This document shows, piece by piece, positions 49,201 through 58,939 of a stretch of DNA of 64,000 nucleotides. Positions within the stretch are counted from its first letter, which is position 1, and every line of letters starts with the position of its first letter. A program made the translations under genes and the position numbers. The notes below the pieces were generated by a model that worked only from the letters and a program-made list of their open reading frames with translations, did no database searches and had not been told where the DNA came from. The stretch is from NCBI GenBank assembly GCA_963793425.1, contig CAWCAG010000009.1, positions 672,001 to 736,000 of the forward strand, given 5' to 3'. This DNA comes from an uncultured cyanobacterium. GTDB lineage: Bacteria; Cyanobacteriota; Cyanobacteriia; Cyanobacteriales; CAWCAG01.

Positions 49201-51889
49201 AGAACCAGCGAGGGCCGCTTTACAACCTTTACACCGAACTATAGAAATTGGTCTAGAAACTGGGGATATTGAGTTTGCAGCTTATGCAGCCCTACCTTCT
49301 TGCTCCAATCCCTTTTTTATCGGGGAACCCTTAATATCTGTTCAACGACAACAGGGTGAATTGATCCCCTTAATCGCCAACCTCAAACAACAATTCCAAC
49401 TTCACTATGCCCAAATTTGGGGGCAAATCGTTTTGAATTTACGGGGAGAAACCCCAAACCCTTGCCTGCTGGTAGGAGAGATTTTTGATGAAGCTACAAT
49501 GCTACCCCAACTGCAAGCTAGCAACAACCTCAGTTCTTTGTTTTGTATCTATCTTGCTAAAACTATCCTTAACTATCTCTTCCAAGACTTTGAGGCTGCT
49601 GTTACCAACGCCACCTTAACCGAACAGTATGCTCCTGCTATGGTAGGTTTATTAGCCCTAGGGGAACATAAATTTTACTATTCCTTAGCCTTATTAGGGA
49701 GATACCCCCAGGTAGAAAGTAGTTTGCAAAAAGACTATCTACAACAAGTAGCTATCAACCAAGCCCAAATGAAAACTTGGGCCGACAATGCCCCAACTAA
49801 CTTCCAACACAAATATCTCTTAGTAGAAGCAGAAAAAGCCCGTATCCTCAGACAAAAATGGTCAGCTACAGAATTTTATGATCAAGCAATTAAGCAAGCT
49901 AAAAACTCTGAGAATATCCCCCAAGAAGCCCTTGCTTATGAACTTGCTGCTCAGTTTTATTTAAGCTGCGATCGCCAAGAAATTGCCCAACTCTACATGA
50001 AAAAAGCCCACTACCACTACTTGCGCTGGCAAGCTACAGCTAAAGTAGAAGACATTGTGCAACGTCACAGTTCCTTGTTAGAAAAATTCCCTGAACAAAA
50101 AGAAGATCAACACAACAACACATCTTCTTCTAGTTCAGGAGAAGCGTTAGACTTGACCGCTATCATTAAAGCAAATCAAGCAATTTCCCAAGAAATTAAG
50201 CTAGATAAATTGCTAGCTACCTTAATGAAAATCTTGCTTGAAAATGCTGGGGCAACGAAAGGTTGCTTAATTTTACCTTCAGGGGATGGTAGCTTATTAA
50301 TTGAAGCCCAAGGAACAGTAGACAGTGAATCTATCTCAGTCTTGGAATCCCTTCCCCTTGGTATCCGCTTGCCTGTCTCTATTATAAACTACGTTGTCCG
50401 TAGCCAAGAAACTGTAGTTTATAACAACCTGCAACAAGAAAAGCTATCAGTAAATGACCCCTATTTACAAAAGCAACAACCCCAGTCTCTTCTCTGTGTC
50501 CCCATCACTAACCAAGGTAAACTGGTTTTCTTAGTTTATCTAGAAAATACTCTCACCACAGGAGCCTTCACTGCCGAGAGATTGCAACTACTCACCATAC
50601 TCTCTTCTCAAGCAGCCATCTCCATCAAAAATGCCCAACTTTATACCGAAGTGCAAGCCAGCAAAAGCAAACTAACACAATTCCTCGAAGCTATCCCAGT
50701 AGGAGTTTTTGTTTTGGATGCCAAAGCTCAACCCTACTATGCTAATAGTGCTGCACAACAGATTTTAGGTAAAGGTATTACCAAAAATGATAACATAGAA
50801 ACTCTTGCAGATATTTATGATACCTACATAGCTGGCACTAACCAAAAGTACCCGACCGAACAACTACCCGTAATTCGTGCCTTGCGGGGGGAATCTTCCA
50901 CCATAAACAACATAGAAATTCATCAAAAAGATAAAGTAGTCCCTTTAGAGGTTTGGGGAACTCCTGTTTATAATGCCCAAGGTCAGGTAATCTATGGCAT
51001 TGCCGCCTTTCAAGATATCACAGAACGAAAAACATCAGAAGCAGAAGTAGCTAAATTCACCGCTGGCCTCTTGCGACTCAACGAAGCTTGTTCTCGTTTT
51101 GTTCCTAGGCAATTTCTCACCTTGTTAGGCAAAGAAAGTATTGCTGATGTGCAACTAGGAGATTGTGTGCATCAGGAAATGTCAGTATTGTTCGCTGACA
51201 TCCGCAACTTTACCACCTTATCCGAAGCCATGACTCCAGAGGATAACTTTAAGTTTATCAATGCTTATCTTTCCCGTATGGAACCCAGTATTATTGAAAA
51301 TCATGGTTTCATCGACAAATACATTGGTGATGCTATCATGGCTCTTTTTCGTAAGGAAGCAGACGATGCTGTCAAAGCTGCCATTGCTATGTTGCAGACA
51401 TTAAGTACCTATAACCAAACTCGCCAAGGACCCCTACGTCCCCCCATCAAAATCGGTATTGGCATCAATACTGGTTCTTTAATGTTAGGTACTGTGGGAG
51501 GCAAATCTCGCTTAGATAGCACCGCCATTAGTGATGCAGTTAATTTGGCTGCTCGTTTAGAGGACTTAACCAAAAGATATGAAGTCTCTTTACTAATTTC
51601 TCATCATACCCTAGCTCGCCTCCAAGACCCAACTCAATATCATATCCGCCTCATTGCCCAGATTGTCCCCAAAGGAAAATCTCGACCTGTAGCGGTTTTT
51701 GAAGTTTTTGATGGCGATCCTCCTGAAATTCGGGCTGCGAAATCAGATACTATCCAGTTTTTTGAGGAAGCCTTGCAACTTTTCTATCGCCATTCCCACT
51801 CCCAAGCCGCCAAATTATTTCAGCAATGCTTGCGCCTCAATCCTGATGATAAGGTGGCACAAATTTATCTCGAACGCTGTGGAATGTAA
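46220..51889 (+). CDS. Ser/Thr kinase-AAA-GAF-PAS-class III adenylate/guanylate cyclase
   Basis: Kinase, GSAGIGKS, GAF, PAS (FQDITERK), cyclase FADIRNFT, DKYIGDAIMA, DAVNLAARLE. Confidence 0.92.
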   Translation: MINVPGYKILSQIHESTNSLVFRGIREQDRQPIILKVLKQNYPTPEEIRRYQQEYTILRNLEIEGVVTAYSLEKYRHTLVIILEDFGGESLQILAKEKPLALDDFLLIASKIVTILGQVHAAKIIHKDINPSNIVFNPTTGKLKLIDFGISTVFAQENSPSTNPLILEGTLAYISPEQTGRMNRYLDYRSDFYSLGVSFYELLSGSLPFKSKDPLELVHCHIAKTALPLGNSEREIPQVVADIVMKLMAKNAEDRYQSAWGIKTDLEECLLQLQTTEQISLFPLGTQDITDKFQIPQKMYGREKEVRQLLEAFEIFSPRNEEKGRWGEEENKFNSKLILVTGSAGIGKSTLIASLYEPITAKRGYFITGKFDHYQQNLPYFGIIQAFRGLIKHLLAETETQLNQWREKIQTALGINGRVISEVIPEVELLIGSQPDIPNLAPAEAQNRFNLVFQKFSQVFAQREHPLVLFLDDLQWADQASMQLIKLLINATNLFVIGAYRDCEVKETNFINLMIEEINQNEVVVKKIALQPLKLKQVTQLIVDTFNSDAKRVASLAQLVLIHTNGNPFFINVFLHSLYQEGLFHFQYPQVNFNHQWGWQWDLKRIQEWGFTDNVVELMAGKIQNFVTSTQQILKLAACLGNRFKLQTLATVAEKSPEEIILSLQEAIAQRLITALQKEYPNSEPEVEYKFSHDRLQQAVYSLIPPQERKFTHWQIGQLWYSSLSEEKRQEHLFAIVNQMNEGVKFLPGEQTKQELIKLNLQAGKRAKAANAYQTAVRYFDVALSLLPPDSWQTNYQLTLDLSVEAVEAQYLNTNFPEAEKLAQEVLSQGKTVLDKIKVYQTQIQFYGAQNQMEAAINTALHALEMLDITLLASPPSQEIVIEDLYKLPTMTQADKLAALRILMLVFAPAFIAKPALLSPIAFTMVDLCIKYGNSPLAAYAYTFYGFLLCGVMGQIPQGYQFGQLGLQLSNNFEAREVQCKVHNLFNAHIRHWREPARAALQPLHRTIEIGLETGDIEFAAYAALPSCSNPFFIGEPLISVQRQQGELIPLIANLKQQFQLHYAQIWGQIVLNLRGETPNPCLLVGEIFDEATMLPQLQASNNLSSLFCIYLAKTILNYLFQDFEAAVTNATLTEQYAPAMVGLLALGEHKFYYSLALLGRYPQVESSLQKDYLQQVAINQAQMKTWADNAPTNFQHKYLLVEAEKARILRQKWSATEFYDQAIKQAKNSENIPQEALAYELAAQFYLSCDRQEIAQLYMKKAHYHYLRWQATAKVEDIVQRHSSLLEKFPEQKEDQHNNTSSSSSGEALDLTAIIKANQAISQEIKLDKLLATLMKILLENAGATKGCLILPSGDGSLLIEAQGTVDSESISVLESLPLGIRLPVSIINYVVRSQETVVYNNLQQEKLSVNDPYLQKQQPQSLLCVPITNQGKLVFLVYLENTLTTGAFTAERLQLLTILSSQAAISIKNAQLYTEVQASKSKLTQFLEAIPVGVFVLDAKAQPYYANSAAQQILGKGITKNDNIETLADIYDTYIAGTNQKYPTEQLPVIRALRGESSTINNIEIHQKDKVVPLEVWGTPVYNAQGQVIYGIAAFQDITERKTSEAEVAKFTAGLLRLNEACSRFVPRQFLTLLGKESIADVQLGDCVHQEMSVLFADIRNFTTLSEAMTPEDNFKFINAYLSRMEPSIIENHGFIDKYIGDAIMALFRKEADDAVKAAIAMLQTLSTYNQTRQGPLRPPIKIGIGINTGSLMLGTVGGKSRLDSTAISDAVNLAARLEDLTKRYEVSLLISHHTLARLQDPTQYHIRLIAQIVPKGKSRPVAVFEVFDGDPPEIRAAKSDTIQFFEEALQLFYRHSHSQAAKLFQQCLRLNPDDKVAQIYLERCGM

Positions 51890-51945
51890 AGAGAGTTCGT
51901 TATATTAAAGTTATTAACCTGCCCTTTTTCTTAAATAAATATCCT

Positions 51946-53073
51946 GTGGTTCCTTCCCAAGAAACACTAAACCTGAAACGTACTCCCCTTTTTGACTTAG
52001 CCAGTCAACAAAAAGCCCGTTTTACAGCCTTTGCTGGTTGGGAGATGGCTGTCCAATATAGTAGCTTAAAACAAGAACACCAAGCCGTAAGAACATCGGT
52101 GGGGATGTTTGATATTTCCCACATGGGGAAGTTTGCTTTACAAGGAAAACGAATACGTGAACAACTTCAGCTTTTAGTCCCTTCCCATTTAGAAAGCTTA
52201 CAACCATGTCAAGCTCAGTATACTGTACTGCTTAATACCCAGGGGGGAATTATTGATGATCTAATTTTTTACTACCAAGGAGAAGATCAAACAGGTTTAC
52301 AAAAAGGAATGGTTATTGTTAATGCTGCAACTAAAACTAAAGATAAAGCTTGGTTATTAGCTAACTTAGAAGCTGCCCCCGTTAAGCTGGCAGATATCTC
52401 CTCAGATCAGGTTTTAATCGCCTTGCAAGGCCCCCAAGCAGTTGAGGTGATTCAACCCTACGTAAAAGAGAATCTCTCTTCACTCAAGGCGTTTGAACAT
52501 TTAGAAGCAACTTTGTTGGGGCAACCAAGTTTTATGGCCCGCACAGGCTATACAGGGGAAGATGGCTGGGAAATTATGGTAGCCCCTGATGCAGGAATGG
52601 AACTATGGCGTTTACTATTAAATGCAGGAGTAACTCCCTGTGGTTTAGGTGCGAGGGATACTTTACGCTTAGAAGCCGCTTTAGCTTTGTATGGTCAAGA
52701 TATTGATGAAACCACAACTCCTTGGGAAGCTGGTTTAGGTTGGTTAGTTCATTTAGATCGTCAAGGTAGTTTTATTGGTCGTTCGCTTTTAGAAAAGCAA
52801 AAAGCAGAAGGGGTAAAACGCCGTTTAGTTGGTTTGGAAATGCAAGGGCGACATATTGCCCGTCATGGTTATCCGGTTTTGTTTGCCGGTGAGGTTGTCG
52901 GGGAGGTTACTAGCGGTACTTTAGCACCCACCGTAGAAAAGGCGATTGCCTTAGCTTATGTTCCTAAGCAATTGGCAAAAATAGGGCAACATCTAGATGT
53001 GGAAATTCGCAATAAGTCTTATCCTGCTGTGGTAGTGAAGAAGCCTTTCTATCGTTCGCCGAATCGTAGATAA
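51946..53073 (+). CDS. gcvT: Glycine cleavage system aminomethyltransferase T
   Basis: LKRTPL, FDISHMG, RTGYTGEDG, GLGARDTLRLEA. Confidence 0.95.
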   Translation: MVPSQETLNLKRTPLFDLASQQKARFTAFAGWEMAVQYSSLKQEHQAVRTSVGMFDISHMGKFALQGKRIREQLQLLVPSHLESLQPCQAQYTVLLNTQGGIIDDLIFYYQGEDQTGLQKGMVIVNAATKTKDKAWLLANLEAAPVKLADISSDQVLIALQGPQAVEVIQPYVKENLSSLKAFEHLEATLLGQPSFMARTGYTGEDGWEIMVAPDAGMELWRLLLNAGVTPCGLGARDTLRLEAALALYGQDIDETTTPWEAGLGWLVHLDRQGSFIGRSLLEKQKAEGVKRRLVGLEMQGRHIARHGYPVLFAGEVVGEVTSGTLAPTVEKAIALAYVPKQLAKIGQHLDVEIRNKSYPAVVVKKPFYRSPNRR

Positions 53074-53127
53074 AGAAATCCCCCAACACAAAAAGCGCGG
53101 GGGATTAACCATCAGGGTGCATCTACT
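53072..53127 (-). ncRNA. NsiR1-like small RNA
   Basis: Minus strand reads AGTAGATGCACCCTGATGG.. then a terminator hairpin AATCCCCC..GGGGGATT-TCTTT; 5' motif matches NsiR1 as recalled. Confidence 0.7.
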
Positions 53128-53157
53128 AATTCTTTACTTCGACCACAAATAATCCTT

Positions 53158-53163
53158 TCCGGA
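53158..53163 (-). promoter_or_regulatory. DIF1 motif (TCCGGA) at the -35 position of the NsiR1-like RNA
   Basis: TCCGGA lies at -36..-31 relative to the inferred 5' end at 53127. Confidence 0.65.
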
Positions 53164-53201
53164 TCAAATAATCCTAAATCTGGTTTAGTTGCACAAATTA
53201 A

Positions 53202-53795
53202 ATGATCATGTCTTCTGTATTTGCTCATAGTTTGGTTGGGGCAGCTATCTACACTAGGGTCGGTAAACTAAATTCTCTACGGGGAATCTTTAGTTGCGCT
53301 TTTGTGAGCTTTTTAGCGATCATCCCTGATCTTGATTATGTTATTTACTGGCTATTTGACTCTAGGTTAGACCCCAGATATACCCACTCAATCTTTTATT
53401 GCTTAATTATCAGCGCCGTTGTTAGTTTAATTAAATTAACGATTTTCAAAAATGCCCTAGCTAGCATACCCTATTACTTACTATGGATATCACCATTAAC
53501 GCATCTAGCCCTAGATTTATTGGTTGGTGTCTATCCTATGCCTCTGTATTGGCCTGCAAATTCAGATTTAATGGTTCTCCCCTTCGGAATCTTACCCAGT
53601 GCCGGTAAACTCAATATTTTTAATTACTATTTTTGGCGTAACCTCGTTATAGAATTAGGGATCTTGCTGCCGATTGTCGGGTTGTTTGTCCCAGCTTTAA
53701 ATAAACATCTAGTTAAAGATAAATTATCTCTCAAAGTTCTCTGGTTACTGATATTTTGTGGTTTCGTATTTATGGGTGCAAATCTCACTAGGTAA
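53202..53795 (+). CDS. Membrane-bound metal-dependent hydrolase (YdjM-like)
   Basis: H.L, PDLD, R.YTHS, H.ALD motifs. Confidence 0.8.
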   Translation: MIMSSVFAHSLVGAAIYTRVGKLNSLRGIFSCAFVSFLAIIPDLDYVIYWLFDSRLDPRYTHSIFYCLIISAVVSLIKLTIFKNALASIPYYLLWISPLTHLALDLLVGVYPMPLYWPANSDLMVLPFGILPSAGKLNIFNYYFWRNLVIELGILLPIVGLFVPALNKHLVKDKLSLKVLWLLIFCGFVFMGANLTR

Positions 53796-53814
53796 TAAGC
53801 AGCACCCTCAACAG

Positions 53815-54609
53815 CTAATTACTATTATTGGACTGAGAACCTTCACTGCCTCCTTGATTAGGATTCACCGGAGCTTCGTTAGGAAGTGGCTGATTTTGTC
53901 CTGGTTGGACAGGTATAGTTAATCCTGGTTCCACAGGTTGTCCTGGCTGAATTGGCTGCCCAAGGGGTGGTTGCTGGGGTTGTTGATTAGGAGTAGAAGG
54001 AAGTTGTTGCCCTGGTAGCCCTGGTAGCCCTGGGGTAAGAGGAGGAAGAGAGTTTCCCCCTCCAGGCGGCGTGTTGTTACCGGGGGAACCTATTCCCGGT
54101 AAAGGAGCAGGTGTTAAATTAGGAGAACTTTCATCTCCTGCACTAACAGTTGCTAAAGATACGCGATCGCCCCCTTCTTCACGGAGAATATCTAAGACTT
54201 CCATAACATCGTTATATTGAGTTTCCCTAGAAGCCCGCAGTACAATAGAGCCGTTAGGACTTTTCTTCGTATAGTCTTTGACAGCTTGTTCTAAGCGTTT
54301 TTTAGTCAGAACAGGAGTTTGATTGAGATAAACTTGCCCCGTATAATCCAAGCTGACAATTAGCATATCTTGCATTTGAGGGGTTCCTGTCTTCGCTTCC
54401 GGCAAATCCAGGTTAATTGCTTGCTGCCGAGATAAACCTACAGCCGCCAAAATGAAGAATGTCAAGATGCAAAAAATAACATCAATGAGAGGGACAATTT
54501 CGATACGTATATCTTGGGCATCTGCTGAATCTAACCACAGTTTCAGGGGTGGCGCTGATAAAGCCGAATTCGAGGCTAAGGATTGTTTTTGAGAAGTTTC
54601 TTCCGTCAT
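53815..54609 (-). CDS. exbD: Biopolymer transport protein ExbD/TolR with Pro/Gln-rich tail
   Basis: EIVPLIDVIFCILTFF, INLDLP. Confidence 0.88.
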   Translation of the reverse strand: MTEETSQKQSLASNSALSAPPLKLWLDSADAQDIRIEIVPLIDVIFCILTFFILAAVGLSRQQAINLDLPEAKTGTPQMQDMLIVSLDYTGQVYLNQTPVLTKKRLEQAVKDYTKKSPNGSIVLRASRETQYNDVMEVLDILREEGGDRVSLATVSAGDESSPNLTPAPLPGIGSPGNNTPPGGGNSLPPLTPGLPGLPGQQLPSTPNQQPQQPPLGQPIQPGQPVEPGLTIPVQPGQNQPLPNEAPVNPNQGGSEGSQSNNSN

Positions 54610-54722
54610 AAGTTATGCTGCTTTGGGACAAGTTATTAGAGTAGGGTAAACTTTACTTTTGAGAATAAATAGAGTAAGGCAATAGGCGAAATGTTTTCAT
54701 CACCTCATCACCTCACCATCGA

Positions 54723-55457
54723 TCATTCTTCATCAGCAAATTTATCTTCAGAAGGAGGTAGATTAGGGGGGAACTCTTCCTCTTCCCTTATTTCTGGCTC
54801 AACTTTCTCGCTTTTTGGTAAGGTTACTCCGTACCACTTATGACGATAAATAACCTCTAGTTTATTACCCGCCCGACGAAAAAGTCTGACTTGGTTAAAC
54901 CAGAAGCCTTGAAACAAGCGATAGAAAGCTAAGCTAATAATAGCGACTATCAGTCCGGCTGCAGTGGAAATTAAAGATTCACCAATACCTAAAGTAACTC
55001 CTGATGTTGAAGATGTTCCTAAATCACTAATTTGAATGGAACTCAGGGAGTTGATTAAACCCAACACTGTACCCAACAATCCTAATAAAGGAGATAAAGC
55101 AATGACCGCTTCAAAAATCTTTTCTCCCCGACGCATTGCTGCTAATTCATTATCTGCGGCTGCTTCAATTGCTAGGTGAATAAATTCTGGCTCTGGATTG
55201 GTTAGTTGCAAAGGTGCACCTAAAAAGCGTCCGATGGGATGATTGTCGTAATCTTCGGCAATTTCCTCGGCCATTTCCCAATTGCGTCCTGCAGCATCTA
55301 AGATGTTATTGAGGATTTGCCTTTGAGCAATTAATACTCCTCCCCAAAACCAAATACGCTCTATAATCGTTCCCAAAGTGAGAATCGATAATAAGAGCAA
55401 AATTACTAATATCCAAATGGATATACTACTACTTTCAATAATGTCTTGAAATGTCAC
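54723..55457 (-). CDS. exbB: MotA/TolQ/ExbB proton channel
   Basis: [27 protein letters not shown]. Confidence 0.88.
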   Translation of the reverse strand: MTFQDIIESSSISIWILVILLLLSILTLGTIIERIWFWGGVLIAQRQILNNILDAAGRNWEMAEEIAEDYDNHPIGRFLGAPLQLTNPEPEFIHLAIEAAADNELAAMRRGEKIFEAVIALSPLLGLLGTVLGLINSLSSIQISDLGTSSTSGVTLGIGESLISTAAGLIVAIISLAFYRLFQGFWFNQVRLFRRAGNKLEVIYRHKWYGVTLPKSEKVEPEIREEEEFPPNLPPSEDKFADEE

Positions 55458-55631
55458 TTTTTTTTATGCCTCCGTTTCCTCACCCACACCAAAACTAGTT
55501 TGGCTTATTTAGACCATTACAATTCTACGGTCGGAAGTAGTAAGTTATGAAGTTAAAAAACATGATTGGGTTTCTTAATCTTCCTATTTAAGTAGAGAGT
55601 GGCAAAAAAGCAATCTCTCAACAGCAGATAA

Positions 55632-56108
55632 TTACTGAATTTGCCAATAATAAAGAGTTACTTCTTCTTGTTCTGTTTCTAAAGAAATAGTTTGTGAAGG
55701 TTCCCAGTCTCCTAATTTAAAATCACGGGAGATTACTTTAGCACCGGGTTGGAGTTGTTGCCAAAGCTGCGATCGCAAGCGTAAGTTCAAATGGGGCAAT
55801 AAATACATGATTACTACCGTAGCTTCACCGAAATTAGCAGCAAATAAGTCTTGGTGACGGAACTCAACTAAGGAAGCAATGCCCGCTGCTTGAGCATTTC
55901 CCTGTCCCTGTTGAATCCTTTGGGGGTCAATATCAATACCAACACCTTTTGTACCATACTTTTGCGCCGCAGTGATGAGAATACGCCCATCTCCACTACC
56001 CAGGTCATAGAGAATGTCTTGAGAAGTTAATTTTGCTAAACTAAGCATAGATTCAACTATTTGTGGCGAAGTGGGAATGTAGCCAATATCTGGCTTTCTT
56101 AAGTTCAT
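55632..56108 (-). CDS. Class I SAM-dependent methyltransferase
   Basis: YIPT, YDLGSGDGR, GIDID. Confidence 0.88.
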   Translation of the reverse strand: MNLRKPDIGYIPTSPQIVESMLSLAKLTSQDILYDLGSGDGRILITAAQKYGTKGVGIDIDPQRIQQGQGNAQAAGIASLVEFRHQDLFAANFGEATVVIMYLLPHLNLRLRSQLWQQLQPGAKVISRDFKLGDWEPSQTISLETEQEEVTLYYWQIQ

Positions 56109-56128
56109 AAATTAAGGTTTGCGGTAAG

Positions 56129-56350
56129 ATGAAACCAGTTAAAGAAATTGATATTTTTGCTCAAGAACGTCCTCTTCCTTCTCCCGCCCAAAGGAGATTA
56201 CTGTACCAACAGCAATTAGAGCAAGAAAAACGACGAGGCTATGCAAAACTAACGGAATTATGCCGTTTAGGAGAAAATGACGCAGCACGACACCTCGCTA
56301 GACGCAACCCTCAATGGGGTTATCAAGTAGTTGAAGGGCAAGTTTATTGA
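56129..56350 (+). CDS. Hypothetical protein
   Basis: 73-aa ORF filling the gap between divergent/convergent genes. Confidence 0.55.
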   Translation: MKPVKEIDIFAQERPLPSPAQRRLLYQQQLEQEKRRGYAKLTELCRLGENDAARHLARRNPQWGYQVVEGQVY

Positions 56351-56376
56351 TTTCTCTGGTAATTAAATCACAAAAG

Positions 56377-57246
56377 TTACGAATAACTCACTACCATCTC
56401 AACCTCTGTTTCGCAACTTTCTCCTGGCTCAAGATTAATCAAATTTTCCCCGGTATTGAGGGCATTGCGTAAAGCTGTCCAAGGTTCTAAACAAGAGTAT
56501 TTTTTGCCTTTTACTGTCCAAAAAACTAGAGCGGTATAGAGGTCAGAGTAATTTAAGCTCACCTTCCAATTGCTACGATTGTTTTTTAGGGAACCACTAT
56601 TTTTGCTCACAGGACTAAAAGCAATATCGATTTCTTCTTGCTCAAAATTTAACTTACCTGTAAAGGGATGAATTTCTTTAGTGTTTTGATCTTGGTATTG
56701 ATTAGCGGGAATTTCTAGTACCAAATCTTTTTTGTTTGAGGTGAAAAAATAAGGATGTAGCCCGCTGGAAAAAGGCATAATTTCAGCAGATTTGTTGATA
56801 TATTGCTGTTTAATTACCAGCTTATTACCTTTAATTCGGTAGGTAAAAGCTAGTTCAAAATCAAAAGGATAAACTTGGCGAGTTTCCTCATTACTTTCTA
56901 AAACCAGGGTGATTCCCGCAAAATCTTCGGTAAATTGTTCTTGAACTTCCCAAGGTAGGTTACGGGCAAAACCATGTTGCTTGAGGATATATTGCTGATT
57001 TCGATAAATATAAATATCATCAGGTAAGTTGCCGCAAATGGGAAATAAGATCGGGATTCCTCCCCGTACACTTAATTCAGGGTTAGCAAAGCGCTCTTCG
57101 TCTAGATAAAGGATATCCTGACCCTGTATGCGCCAACTAGTTACCATCCCTCCTCTTTCTGGTACTACCTCAAGGCGAGATTGGGCTTCTCTATCCCAAA
57201 GAATATAAGTTTGGTAACTCTCTTGCTTGATTGCAATCTCGAACAT
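56377..57246 (-). CDS. Aldose 1-epimerase family protein
   Basis: RGGIPILFP, QHGFARN, GLHPYF, CLEPW; likely start ATG 57246. Confidence 0.9.
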   Translation of the reverse strand: MFEIAIKQESYQTYILWDREAQSRLEVVPERGGMVTSWRIQGQDILYLDEERFANPELSVRGGIPILFPICGNLPDDIYIYRNQQYILKQHGFARNLPWEVQEQFTEDFAGITLVLESNEETRQVYPFDFELAFTYRIKGNKLVIKQQYINKSAEIMPFSSGLHPYFFTSNKKDLVLEIPANQYQDQNTKEIHPFTGKLNFEQEEIDIAFSPVSKNSGSLKNNRSNWKVSLNYSDLYTALVFWTVKGKKYSCLEPWTALRNALNTGENLINLEPGESCETEVEMVVSYS

Positions 57247-57462
57247 ATTATCTTCACTATTGTTCACTTTTTGCAGTTCGTGATTATTGAGCCGAACCAA
57301 AACCAGCAATGGTTAATTATTGCTCAACAATCTGACAACTTTTGCTATCTTTAAATATCCTAATTGATCTGTGAACTTCAAGCTTAAACTTGAGCATGAT
57401 TGCTTAAGACAACATTAAGAATCCTCGTAGCAGTTACCATATCTAAGGCTTGCTGAAAGCAA

Positions 57463-57478
57463 TGTGATACAAATCACA
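57463..57478. promoter_or_regulatory. CRP-type binding site
   Basis: Perfect TGTGA-N6-TCACA in a divergent intergenic region. Confidence 0.65.
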
Positions 57479-57569
57479 GCATTTTGCTGCTGGAATCAAT
57501 ACTTTGAACCAGGATCTATTAGACAATTCTAATTAACCAAACCCATCAGTCAAATTCGCCATCTAAATC

Positions 57570-57785
57570 ATGATTAAGTCATTAGTTACATCAGCTTTTC
57601 AGACGGGCTGTTTAAGCGTGGCTTCTGAAAGCTTAATACGCCAACTTCAGTCCATAAAAAGTTTTGAGTTGTCAGAATTAGAAGTTCTTTCTAGTCTTGA
57701 ACAAGCTCTCAATACAGGTGAAATTGAAAGAGAATTCAAAAGAGCTAATAATGAGATTATCTCCTACAGTATGTCAAAGCAATAA
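57570..57785 (+). CDS. Small cyanobacterial hypothetical protein
   Basis: MI..LV..A.QTGCLSV.SE.LI.Q..L..L..AL.TG.I.RE pattern. Confidence 0.65.
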   Translation: MIKSLVTSAFQTGCLSVASESLIRQLQSIKSFELSELEVLSSLEQALNTGEIEREFKRANNEIISYSMSKQ

Positions 57786-57934
57786 TATTTGCTTACAAAA
57801 ATCTACAAAGCTTCATAAAAGTACATAGTTGAGCATAAATAACTGTCAGAAAATTTCTGTTCTTAAAGAAATATATTCTTTAGCTTTTCAACCTTTACGA
57901 TATTCAATAAATTAACACAAACTTCACCTTTTCT

Positions 57935-58660
57935 TCAAGAAGTTGTTAACATCTGAGTTAAGAAAAAGGCAAAGCCGGCGCTACCGATAGGAACAGTTAA
58001 ATTATCTATTCCTAGTTGAGAAAAAGCTTCTAAGGCAGTGGCGAAAACAGCGACACAAAACGAAGTTAACCAAGTTTGCCAAAGATTGCCTTGAACGTTC
58101 CATAAAACCAGAAACACGACTAAATAACTCGCCACAGCCATAGTCAAAGAACCTTCCCAACTTTTGGTTATATCCCCAATTTGATAACGATGTTGTCCAA
58201 ATTGGCGACCAATAATTGCGGCTAAACCATCTCCCCAAGCCATGACTAAAACACCAATAACAGCATAATAAGGGCGATTAATTGACCAAAACCAAGCAAC
58301 TAAAACCCCAATACTAACCGCATAGAAAAAAGTCCCCAAGCTTTTACGCCCCACGCTATTAATGCTAGGTAAAATGGGAACGTAATAAGAAACTAAAGCA
58401 ATTAAACTGGCAATTCCAGAAGCAGTAATACCAACCGCTGCAGGAATATTAAACCACCAGGCAAAGAGAATGACGTTACCAGTACCGATATGAACTATTT
58501 TCCTGGTTAGTTCAGCATCAGCTTTAGTAGAACGATTTAACCATTCGGTAAATAAAACAATGATTCCTAAGTAAAGGAAAACCAAACAAAGGGGTAACCA
58601 TGATGGTTGTAGCGAATCCAACCAAGGAAGAAAGTAAGCTATTAAATAATCAAGTGGCAT
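57935..58660 (-). CDS. Phytol/dolichol kinase family (CTP-dependent)
   Basis: [26 protein letters not shown]. Confidence 0.88.
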   Translation of the reverse strand: MPLDYLIAYFLPWLDSLQPSWLPLCLVFLYLGIIVLFTEWLNRSTKADAELTRKIVHIGTGNVILFAWWFNIPAAVGITASGIASLIALVSYYVPILPSINSVGRKSLGTFFYAVSIGVLVAWFWSINRPYYAVIGVLVMAWGDGLAAIIGRQFGQHRYQIGDITKSWEGSLTMAVASYLVVFLVLWNVQGNLWQTWLTSFCVAVFATALEAFSQLGIDNLTVPIGSAGFAFFLTQMLTTS

Positions 58661-58679
58661 TCTTTGTCAAAAAATAGAG

Positions 58680-58907
58680 ATGAAAAAGTTATTAATTTGG
58701 TTCATTAAAGGTTATCGTACCTTCATTTCTCCGGTCATACCCCCTACTTGCCGTTTTCAGCCTACTTGTTCCCAATATGGACTAGAAGCGATTCAGCGTT
58801 TTGGCCCTTGGCAGGGAGGGTATTTAACCATTAAACGTATCCTCCGCTGTCATCCCTTTAACCCAGGAGGTTATGATCCTGTACCTTCTAAGTCTGCTAA
58901 GAATTAA
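58680..58907 (+). CDS. yidD: Membrane protein insertion efficiency factor
   Basis: [23 protein letters not shown]. Confidence 0.93.
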   Translation: MKKLLIWFIKGYRTFISPVIPPTCRFQPTCSQYGLEAIQRFGPWQGGYLTIKRILRCHPFNPGGYDPVPSKSAKN

Positions 58908-58939
58908 ATGACGGGGAGATAGGGAGATGGGGGAAAGAT

